Below are positions 29,634-37,345 of a stretch of 64,000 nt of DNA, piece by piece (the first letter of the stretch is position 1; each line of letters begins with the position of its first letter). This stretch comes from Escherichia coli (lineage in GTDB: Bacteria; Pseudomonadota; Gammaproteobacteria; Enterobacterales; Enterobacteriaceae), in NCBI RefSeq assembly GCF_048403405.1, contig NZ_CP183129.1; one strand, given 5' to 3'. The notes beneath the pieces were generated by a model that worked only from the letters and a program-made list of their open reading frames with translations, had not been told where the DNA came from and searched no databases. Both the position numbers and the translations under genes were made by a program.

Positions 29634-30038
29634 CTATTTAATTCTCTTTTCAATGGCTGCAATTATTGCTTTTCCTGATGTTTCAGGAGATTTTGTAGCC
29701 ATATAAGACGAAAAAATCATGTCGGTCATTCTTTCATAACTTACTATTTCCCACTTAGCCAATGCATGGGACAGTTTGTAGTTGTCATCAGTTAGTGCCC
29801 TTATGGAATTTTTTAAGTGTTTATTCTCTTCTGTTAATCGCGCAATTTTTGTATCAATTTCATGTGAGCGATCTAATTCCTTAACCTGTTTCTTGAGGGC
29901 AGCTAACCCTGCATATAGTACGCAACAGGATATCCCAAGAGCGAGTACAACTATTTCTAACACACCAACCTCCTTAGTTTTGAGCAGGATACCAGATGAT
30001 AATGTGTAGTTGGAGTAGCGCGGTTGTAATGCAAGCAT
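29634..30038 (-). CDS. Membrane-anchored coiled-coil protein (134 aa from ATG 30038; alternative GTG start at 29963 with AAGGAGG SD gives 110 aa)
   Basis: One TM helix (LEIVVLALGISCCVLYAGLAAL) followed by heptad-rich coiled coil; divergent from the 30120 gene; AT-rich. Confidence 0.5.
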   Translation of the reverse strand: MLALQPRYSNYTLSSGILLKTKEVGVLEIVVLALGISCCVLYAGLAALKKQVKELDRSHEIDTKIARLTEENKHLKNSIRALTDDNYKLSHALAKWEIVSYERMTDMIFSSYMATKSPETSGKAIIAAIEKRIK

Positions 30039-30117
30039 TTTGTTTTAGCTTTATGCTTGCTTGTATGTGTGTACAGTGTATATAATGCAAGCATACATCA
30101 CAACAAAGGTGCTTGCA
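30030..30117. promoter_or_regulatory. Divergent promoter region with four 8-bp half-sites TGCAAGCA/TGCTTGCA in two inverted pairs around TTGCTT-N18-TATAAT
   Basis: Sites at 30030..30037, 30053..30060, 30085..30093 and 30110..30117; -10 TATAAT at 30081..30086; the last site overlaps the SD/ATG of the 30120 gene. Confidence 0.5.
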
Positions 30118-30119
30118 TT

Positions 30120-31088
30120 ATGACTGAAAAGAAAAGTGGCGAAGGGAAAGCTAAGGGCGGGATCGCTCGCGCAAAGTCGCTGACTAAAGAGCAGCGTTCT
30201 GAAATAGCAAAGAAAGCAGCTGCTGCAAGATGGAAAAGTAAGATTCTCAGGGCAACTCATCGTGGTAACTTTTTAGATGATTTTGGCATTGATGCTGAAT
30301 GTTATGTACTGGATGACGAGTCGAAAACTGTCGTTGTTACGAAAACTGGATTATCTCAGTTGCTAGGGATTGGTGAACATGCCAGGGATTTAGATCAACT
30401 GCTTGGCGCTCAGTATATGAGCAAATACCGAGATCTAGAATTGCAGCGAAAAATGGAAAATCCCTATAAATTTCAACTTACTTCGAAGTCTAAAACCGTT
30501 CATCAAGCGTTAGGTTATGACATTACAGCAATTGTTGATATTGGTAGGGCACTAATAGAAGCCAAAGATAATGACGATCTACCACAATCACGGTTAAAGG
30601 CAGCCGCCGCAGCACAGAGACTTATTAATGCCTCCGCTAAGGCGGGAATTAAGGGGGTTGCGTATGCGCTTGCTGGTTATCGTCCAGAAGTTCAGGCTGT
30701 CATTGACGAGTTCAAAGCGTTTGTTCGTGAAGAGGCTCGTCAATATGAAAAGGAATTTCCAGATGAGCTATACGAGGAGTGGTATCGACTGTACGGCCTG
30801 AATAGGCCAGAGAAAGGACGGCCTATTCGTTTTGGGCAGCTAACCAACATGCAGATATACACCCCGCTAGCAAAGAGTAAAGGTAAAATCCTTGAACAAA
30901 TTAGAGCCAGCCGAGACGAGAACGGAAAACAATCTGATAAGTTGCATCTGTTCCTTTCTGAAATTGGTGTCAAGGCTTTGCGTCAGCATATCGGTAAGCT
31001 TCTTGGTGTCGCAGCGATGAGTGAGACAAGAGAAGAATACGAAAAAGGAATAGAAAAGGTTTTCGGAAGAATGAAACCAGAAATCTAA
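30120..31088 (+). CDS. Unknown moron protein (322 aa) with basic Lys/Ala-rich N-terminus
   Basis: Start at the internal ATG 30120 of the ORF-track entry 30057..31088; N-terminus MTEKKSGEGKAKGGIARAKSLTKEQRSEIAKKAAAARW suggests nucleic-acid binding; followed by a strong terminator. Confidence 0.6.
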   Translation: MTEKKSGEGKAKGGIARAKSLTKEQRSEIAKKAAAARWKSKILRATHRGNFLDDFGIDAECYVLDDESKTVVVTKTGLSQLLGIGEHARDLDQLLGAQYMSKYRDLELQRKMENPYKFQLTSKSKTVHQALGYDITAIVDIGRALIEAKDNDDLPQSRLKAAAAAQRLINASAKAGIKGVAYALAGYRPEVQAVIDEFKAFVREEARQYEKEFPDELYEEWYRLYGLNRPEKGRPIRFGQLTNMQIYTPLAKSKGKILEQIRASRDENGKQSDKLHLFLSEIGVKALRQHIGKLLGVAAMSETREEYEKGIEKVFGRMKPEI

Positions 31089-31092
31089 TTAT

Positions 31093-31118
31093 GAAACCCA
31101 CCGTCAGGTGGGTTTTTT
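31093..31118 (+). terminator. Rho-independent terminator
   Basis: AAACCCACCgtcaGGTGGGTTTTTTGT immediately after the 30120..31088 stop. Confidence 0.55.
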
Positions 31119-31355
31119 GTACAAATCCTTCAGCGTATCAAACACCATCTTCTTAACAAGTTCAGACTGCTCATCAGCGATGCGTTCCGCATCGTCTCGA
31201 TAGCCTGAAATTTTGGATGGCTTTGATACAGCATCAGTCACTATCTGAACTAATTCTGAATTAAGAGAGCGGCCATTGGATTTGGCTCGCTGTTTTAGTT
31301 TTTCCTTTAATTCGTAAGGTAGCCGCAGATTAAATTGCGGGTCATCTCTTCCCAT
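31104..31355 (-). CDS. mnt: Mnt repressor (Arc/MetJ-family ribbon-helix-helix, 83 aa)
   Basis: MGRDDPQFNLRLPYELKEKLKQRAKSNGRSLNSELVQIVTDAVSKPS...DAERIADEQSELVKKMVFDTLKDLYKK closely matches P22 Mnt (from memory). Confidence 0.85.
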   Translation of the reverse strand: MGRDDPQFNLRLPYELKEKLKQRAKSNGRSLNSELVQIVTDAVSKPSKISGYRDDAERIADEQSELVKKMVFDTLKDLYKKPT

Positions 31356-31418
31356 TCTTGATGCCTCACTTTTGTAAGTGGATCGGCATCATATGATCTA
31401 CTGGTTATATCCACAATA

Positions 31419-31433
31419 AGACCACTGTGGTCT
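31419..31433. promoter_or_regulatory. Mnt-operator-like palindrome AGACCACtGTGGTCT
   Basis: Near-perfect 15-bp palindrome between mnt and the tailspike gene; resembles the P22 Omnt core GGTCCACGGTGGACC. Confidence 0.5.
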
Positions 31434-31490
31434 CAATGACGCATTGCCGTAGCCATGCTGCGGCGATTCCTTGTATCTGGAGCAAATTAA

Positions 31491-33569
31491 ATGACAGACA
31501 TTACAGCCAATGTTGTAGTGAGCATGCCTTCGCAACTCTTCACTATGGCGCGTTCTTTTAAAGCCGTAGCCAATGGCAAAATTTATATCGGAAAAATTGA
31601 CACTGACCCGGTAAATCCTGAAAACCAGATTCAGGTTTATGTGGAGAATGAGGATGGTTCTCACGCTCCTGTATCGCAACCAATCATCATTAACGCTGCT
31701 GGTTACCCGGTATATAACGGACAGATTGCCAAGTTCGTAACTGTGCAAGGCCATTCTATGGCTGTTTATGATGCGTATGGTGCGCAGCAGTTTTATTTTC
31801 CTAATGTGCTGAAGTATGACCCTGATCAGTTTCAGAAGAGGTTGGCATCCTTTGATGATGGTGATGGGGATGAATTAGTGTCGGTGAAACAACCATTCCC
31901 CGGAGCAGCAAATCAAACTCAACACCAAAAGAACCAACAAATCATTGATGTTCTTGACTTCGGTGCTCATCCATCGAATGCTGACAATAAAGTAGCTCTG
32001 CAATTTGCGCTAGATGCAATATATAGCATTGGAGGAGGTACACTACAGTTTTCACTACCAGGCATATATACTTTGCTTTCTGAGTTGCAAATAAAATCAA
32101 ATACTCACCTAAAGATGACTGATGGCGTAACCATTAAACGTAATTTTTCTAATGACGTCATGCTGAGAATAAGCCCTAATACTGGCACTAACATTAAAAT
32201 AACAGGCGGAATACTAGATGGAGGAGGACAAGACCACCCTACAGATCCTTTTGACATCATTGCAGCCTCCTCACCAAGAAATCTTTCTATTGTTGGAGTA
32301 ACATTTCTTGATGTAGTCGATTTTCATGCTGTAGATATTGCTGACGGGCAAGGGGTGATTATAAGAGACTGTAAGTTTCTTGGCTTCAAACCACTTTCCA
32401 ACCGAAATTATTCAGAAGCGATCCAGTTAGATCCGGGGATTGAATCTCTTGGCGATTATTACCCAAACATCAATGTTCTTGTTGATAACTGTTATTTTGG
32501 TTCAAATCCACAAAATACCACCACTGGGTTTGGGGCGTGGGGGGCGGGGGTTGGGAACCATGCTAATTCATATGGGAATCAGGACAAAAATATAAGGGTC
32601 ATAAACTGCAGGTTCGATGGAATGCTCTTTGCCGGGGTAAGGGTTTTCAACTGGTATGATTGGGTGGTTAGCGGATGCTCTTTCTATAACAGTACCGCGC
32701 GAGGAGTTCATGTAACCCCATTCCCATCATCATCAAAACCACAGGGGGCAAGGAGGGGGCGCATTGTTGGCAATTATTTTGAAGGCGTTAGATCCCCGAT
32801 TCTTCTGGCTGCACCTACATATCCATATACAGATACATCAGATGCATTTCATGAAGATATCGTAATATCCAACAATTCCATGTTTATTACAGAGTCTCAA
32901 TCATATGCAGTAGACGCAAGATGGGTTTCAGGACTAACTGTCACTGGAAACACAGCAAGAGGCGGAATCGGTTTTTTCAAAGGTGATTTTATTAACAAAT
33001 CAATCATCTCTAATAATGAATACGATTCAGGAACATCAAGTTCTTTATGGATTTCTGAAACTAATGCAGAAGAATTTATAGGGTCTGGTTTTTCGCATGA
33101 TGTTGTAATTTCTAGCAACATCTTTAGAAATATTTCCCTGCATGGGATTCATATTAATGGTAAATATTCAAATGTTACTATTCAATCAAACATTATAGTT
33201 GGGGTTTCTACCGCAGATAATAACCATAATGGCATACGAATTGACTCTGGTGCAGAAAATGTAATTGTTAGTTCAAATCAAATTCGTGATGGCGTTGCAA
33301 ATAATAAACCATTAGTTGGTATATTTGCTACATCAAGCTGTAAGAGCGTGTCATTTATAGGGAATGTTTCATTTGGAACATCAGCCACACAGAATAATCA
33401 AGCTACAGATAAAAGCTCACTTGTGATATTTGGGCAAGAAGGCAACCCAACATCTAGCGGAGTTGGAGCACCAGTTGGTTCTATTTACACTCGTTCTGAT
33501 GGAGGTGGAAATACAGTACTTTATATAAAGGAAAGCAACACAAATGCTACAGGTTGGGTTAATAAGTAA
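31491..33569 (+). CDS. Tailspike protein (692 aa): P22 gp9-like head-binding N-terminus, divergent beta-helix receptor-binding domain
   Basis: First ~110 aa match P22 gp9 ([11 protein letters not shown]...[33 protein letters not shown]...[14 protein letters not shown]...NVLKYDPDQ); remainder is unrelated, AT-rich and Gly/Asn/Ser-rich. Confidence 0.85.
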   Translation: MTDITANVVVSMPSQLFTMARSFKAVANGKIYIGKIDTDPVNPENQIQVYVENEDGSHAPVSQPIIINAAGYPVYNGQIAKFVTVQGHSMAVYDAYGAQQFYFPNVLKYDPDQFQKRLASFDDGDGDELVSVKQPFPGAANQTQHQKNQQIIDVLDFGAHPSNADNKVALQFALDAIYSIGGGTLQFSLPGIYTLLSELQIKSNTHLKMTDGVTIKRNFSNDVMLRISPNTGTNIKITGGILDGGGQDHPTDPFDIIAASSPRNLSIVGVTFLDVVDFHAVDIADGQGVIIRDCKFLGFKPLSNRNYSEAIQLDPGIESLGDYYPNINVLVDNCYFGSNPQNTTTGFGAWGAGVGNHANSYGNQDKNIRVINCRFDGMLFAGVRVFNWYDWVVSGCSFYNSTARGVHVTPFPSSSKPQGARRGRIVGNYFEGVRSPILLAAPTYPYTDTSDAFHEDIVISNNSMFITESQSYAVDARWVSGLTVTGNTARGGIGFFKGDFINKSIISNNEYDSGTSSSLWISETNAEEFIGSGFSHDVVISSNIFRNISLHGIHINGKYSNVTIQSNIIVGVSTADNNHNGIRIDSGAENVIVSSNQIRDGVANNKPLVGIFATSSCKSVSFIGNVSFGTSATQNNQATDKSSLVIFGQEGNPTSSGVGAPVGSIYTRSDGGGNTVLYIKESNTNATGWVNK

Positions 33570-33655
33570 AACCAGCATTTAAATACAATATATATCATAA
33601 AACTTACATAATAGTTATAACTATAATTCTTGCTTAAGAATTTATAAAAACTGAA

Positions 33656-33693
33656 ACACACAAAGCTTTGCACTGGATTGCAAGGCTTTGTGT
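33656..33693. terminator. Bidirectional hairpin between the convergent tailspike and int genes
   Basis: ACACAAAGCTTTGCActggaTTGCAAGGCTTTGTGT. Confidence 0.5.
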
Positions 33694-33713
33694 TATTCGA
33701 TAGTTAATGCAGA

Positions 33714-34907
33714 TCACTCCACCTTTTCATCAAGCCAGTCCGCCCACCACTGCATCATTTCTCTGCGCTTATCGAGATACTGAGCATGGTTGTAAATTCC
33801 ACGTACAGATCCGCCGTTGGCATGTGCCAGTTGCACTTCAATGGCGTCGGCAGGCCATTCGTGCTCGTTCATAATCGTGCTGAATTCATGCCTGAATCCG
33901 TGACCGCTTTCCAGACCTTCATAGCCGATTTGTTTGATCACAAGTAGCACCGCGTTCTCGCAGATTGGCTTCTTCTTATCGTTGCGCCCGGAAAAAACAA
34001 ACTCTGATACTGGTTTAGTGATTGAGCTTAGTGTAGTGAGAAGTTCAACCACCTGGTCTGACATCGGGACAACATGAATTTTGCGTCCCTTCATCACACT
34101 GGCGTCGATGGTGATAATCCTGTTTTCAAAATCGACGTTCTTCCATAGCATGGAACGAAGCTCTTTTGTTCTTAGGGCTGTGTAGCGTAAAACTTTGGTC
34201 GCAATGAGCGATACGATACTTCCTGAAAATGTTGCAAGTGCTTTGTTGAATGCCGAGATCTGGTCGGCAGGTAAAAACGGGAAGTTCTTCTTGCGGTATC
34301 CCTTCATGGCGTCAGCAAGGTCAGGTGCCGGGTTATATTTAGCCCTACCAGTGACAATAGCGTAACGGAAAACCTCGCCGCATCTTCTGCGGGCTTTGTT
34401 GGCTCGCTCCATTGCACCGCGATCTTCAAATCTGCGGATTACTTCCAGCAGTTGCATCGGCTCAATATCCTGAATTTCAAGGCCGCCGATGATAGGTAAA
34501 ATGTCGTCATCAAACATTTTTGCAAGTTCAGTTGCATAGCCTACTGACCAGACTTGCTTCTTGTGCTCGTACCATTCCTTGTAAATCGCACTAAAGGAAT
34601 TGTTGTTAGACGAAGCCTTTTTCGCTTTTACCGGATCGATGCCAACCGAGATGTCTTTCCTCGCGGTCCATGCCTTATCCCTTGCCTCCTGCAAAGTCAT
34701 AAGCGGATATTTTCCGACGGTCAGGATTTTCTCCTTACCGTCAATCTTGTAGCGAAGCTGCCATACCTTTTTCCCTGATACAGGGACATAAAGGTACAGG
34801 CCATTACCATCGAGTAGGCGGTATGGTTTTTCTTTCGGCTTTGCTGCTTCAATCTGCTTAACGGTGAGCATGGGTAAAAATCCGGTGGGTAAAATTATTT
34901 TATCCAC
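33714..34907 (-). CDS. intS: Tyrosine integrase, P4-family (IntS-like; 397 aa, or 385 aa from MLTVKQ at 34871)
   Basis: N-terminus MLTVKQIEAAKPKEKPYRLLDGNGLYLYV typical of P4/IntS-type integrases; C-terminal HxxR...Y catalytic region; adjacent to the tRNA-Arg 3' end and transcribed away from it. Confidence 0.9.
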   Translation of the reverse strand: MDKIILPTGFLPMLTVKQIEAAKPKEKPYRLLDGNGLYLYVPVSGKKVWQLRYKIDGKEKILTVGKYPLMTLQEARDKAWTARKDISVGIDPVKAKKASSNNNSFSAIYKEWYEHKKQVWSVGYATELAKMFDDDILPIIGGLEIQDIEPMQLLEVIRRFEDRGAMERANKARRRCGEVFRYAIVTGRAKYNPAPDLADAMKGYRKKNFPFLPADQISAFNKALATFSGSIVSLIATKVLRYTALRTKELRSMLWKNVDFENRIITIDASVMKGRKIHVVPMSDQVVELLTTLSSITKPVSEFVFSGRNDKKKPICENAVLLVIKQIGYEGLESGHGFRHEFSTIMNEHEWPADAIEVQLAHANGGSVRGIYNHAQYLDKRREMMQWWADWLDEKVE

Positions 34908-35032
34908 TTTTTACCCGTCATGGAGTGCGGCTGTCAACGATCTGACGCGAACCATTACGAACTGTTAATCTACGGAAGGCTTGATATTCAGGGGATTTTG
35001 CGGACTGGTGCGGATGGGAGCGAACTGATAAA

Positions 35033-35107
35033 TGGTGTCCCCTGCAGGAATCGAACCTGCAATTAGCCCTTAGGAGGAGCTCGTTATATCCATTTAACTA
35101 AGAGGAC
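35033..35107 (-). tRNA. argW: tRNA-Arg (anticodon CCU), argW; prophage attachment site
   Basis: Reverse complement reads GTCCTCTTAGTTAAATGGATATAACGAGCTCCTCCTAAGGGCTAATTGCAGGTTCGATTCCTGCAGGGGACACCA (75 nt, CCT anticodon loop, TTCGATT T-loop, CCA end). Confidence 0.85.
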
Positions 35108-35182
35108 AATGCGGCATGAGTATACCCGCTAATGGACTGCGGGGTAAGTACGTTGCCGCTCGATTGCTTAAACCCTCGCCAT

Positions 35183-36115
35183 TTATACCGGGTTTTTATC
35201 ATTTTTCTTAATGTTTTCCGCTCGTTCTGCTTTTTGGCGTGCTTCTGCTTTGCGCTTGTTGCTCATGTCGTTACGGATCTGTGCATGACTCATTAACGCG
35301 AAGATAAAGGTGCCGCCGCAGATGTTCCCCGCTAAAGTAGGTAGTGCGAAGGGCCAGATGAAATCGCTCCAGTGCAGCGTGCCGTTAAACACCAGATAGA
35401 GGATTTCTACAGAACCGACAACGATGTGGGTGGTGTCACCCAGGGCAATAAGCCAGGTCATCAATATAATCACCACAATCTTTGCCGCACCCGCTGCAGG
35501 AAACATCCAAACCATAGTGGCGATCAGCCAGCCGGAAATGATCGCGTTGGCAAACATCTCGCTGGGGGTGTTCTTCATCACATCCATGCCGATTTTGACA
35601 AATGCATCGCGAGTTTCTTCATTGAAGATTGGCATATATTCAAATGCCCACGCCGCAATACCTGTCCCGAGAATATTACCCAGCAGCACGACGCCCCATA
35701 ACCGCATGAGTAAGCCAACGTTGCTCATTGTCGGTTTTTGCATGACGGGTAGTACCGCAGTCACGGTGTTTTCGGTAAATAATTGCTGGCGGGCCATAAT
35801 GACGATAATAAAACCAAAGGTATAACCGAGATTCTCCAGCAAGAAGCTGCCCGGCACACCTTCCAGTTCGACATGAAATATCCCTTTTGCCAGTAATGAA
35901 GCGCCCATCGACAGACCCGCCGCAATGGCTGACCACAGTAGTGCCATTGCGTCGCGTTCCAGCTCTTTTTCACCATCCTGGCGGATATGCTCATGAATTG
36001 CCATCGCCCGGGAGGGGAGTCGGTCTTCATCTATTTCTATTTTTTTGCCGCGCTCTTTTTCTTCGCTCTCAACTTCAATTTCGTCGCTGTGTTGATCAAT
36101 TTTGTCGTTGTCCAT
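35183..36115 (-). CDS. yfdC: Inner-membrane formate/nitrite-transporter-family protein YfdC (310 aa)
   Basis: Multi-TM protein with acidic N-terminal extension; conserved position next to argW. Confidence 0.8.
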   Translation of the reverse strand: MDNDKIDQHSDEIEVESEEKERGKKIEIDEDRLPSRAMAIHEHIRQDGEKELERDAMALLWSAIAAGLSMGASLLAKGIFHVELEGVPGSFLLENLGYTFGFIIVIMARQQLFTENTVTAVLPVMQKPTMSNVGLLMRLWGVVLLGNILGTGIAAWAFEYMPIFNEETRDAFVKIGMDVMKNTPSEMFANAIISGWLIATMVWMFPAAGAAKIVVIILMTWLIALGDTTHIVVGSVEILYLVFNGTLHWSDFIWPFALPTLAGNICGGTFIFALMSHAQIRNDMSNKRKAEARQKAERAENIKKNDKNPV

Positions 36116-36408
36116 GGTCTCTTCTCTTGAATTAGCACGTATAGCTAAAGCGTAGCGGCTTTTTTGCTCGCAACTGGCGGGAGTTACTCTGAAAATGTAG
36201 AAAAGGCTGCGTTTGCCTTTTTCTGTTTCTATAGAATCAAGTAGCCTACAGGGCGGCGATTACCAGGCTATGATCAAATCAGCAAATCAGGGCGTCTGGA
36301 CATCAGTTGACGTGCTGTTACAATCGCCCACACCTAAACAGGCGGATACGGTATCGTTCCGTCATGGATGGCAAACTGCATAAGCCATAAAAAAACAGGG
36401 AGACATTT

Positions 36409-37164
36409 ATGAAGCTTCGCCTGTCGGCGCTTGCTCTGGGAACTACGCTTCTGGTGGGGTGTGCGAGTTCCGGTACAGATCAGCAAGGGCGTTCTGACCC
36501 GTTAGAAGGGTTCAACCGCACCATGTACAACTTCAACTTCAATGTATTAGACCCGTATATTGTTCGACCGGTCGCTGTCGCCTGGCGTGATTATGTTCCG
36601 CAACCGGCGCGTAACGGTTTGAGCAACTTTACTGGCAACCTTGAAGAACCTGCGGTGATGGTTAACTACTTCTTGCAGGGCGACCCTTATCAGGGGATGG
36701 TCCACTTTACCCGCTTTTTCCTGAACACCATTTTGGGGATGGGCGGCTTTATTGATGTTGCAGGGATGGCGAACCCGAAACTGCAACGGACTGAACCTCA
36801 CCGCTTCGGTAGTACGCTTGGTCATTATGGTGTGGGTTATGGGCCATACGTTCAGTTACCGTTCTACGGTAGCTTCACGCTGCGTGATGACGGTGGTGAT
36901 ATGGCGGATGGTCTTTACCCGGTTCTTTCCTGGCTGACCTGGCCGATGTCTGTGGGTAAATGGACGCTTGAAGGGATAGAAACTCGTGCGCAGTTGTTGG
37001 ATTCCGATGGTCTGCTGCGTCAGTCGTCCGATCCTTATATTATGGTGCGCGAAGCGTACTTCCAGCGTCATGATTTCATCGCTAATGGCGGCGAACTCAA
37101 ACCGCAGGAAAATCCGAACGCGCAAGCGATTCAGGATGATTTAAAAGATATCGATTCTGAATAA
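36409..37164 (+). CDS. mlaA: Outer-membrane lipoprotein MlaA (VacJ), phospholipid asymmetry (251 aa)
   Basis: Lipobox LLVGCAS; recognised MlaA sequence (...GFNRTMYNFNFNVLDPY...). Confidence 0.85.
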   Translation: MKLRLSALALGTTLLVGCASSGTDQQGRSDPLEGFNRTMYNFNFNVLDPYIVRPVAVAWRDYVPQPARNGLSNFTGNLEEPAVMVNYFLQGDPYQGMVHFTRFFLNTILGMGGFIDVAGMANPKLQRTEPHRFGSTLGHYGVGYGPYVQLPFYGSFTLRDDGGDMADGLYPVLSWLTWPMSVGKWTLEGIETRAQLLDSDGLLRQSSDPYIMVREAYFQRHDFIANGGELKPQENPNAQAIQDDLKDIDSE

Positions 37165-37174
37165 GAAACAAATA

Positions 37175-37206
37175 AAAAAGGTGAGTCACAAAACTCACCT
37201 TTTTTG
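37175..37206 (+). terminator. Rho-independent terminator after mlaA
   Basis: AGGTGAGTcacaaaACTCACCT followed by TTTTTG. Confidence 0.5.
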
Positions 37207-37345
37207 TTGTTATCCCTCAATTACCCCAAGTAAAAGAAGATAAACCGACAATGACCTGGACATAATTATGTAAAAATACTGATGTTCGTCACTGACTATT
37301 TCCGATATTCAGGCGTTGAAAAATCAAAAAACTGGAAAAATAATT

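Noticed and set aside
35372-35825. Plus-strand ORFs (109 and 133 aa)
   Set aside because: Antisense to yfdC; no ribosome-binding sites.
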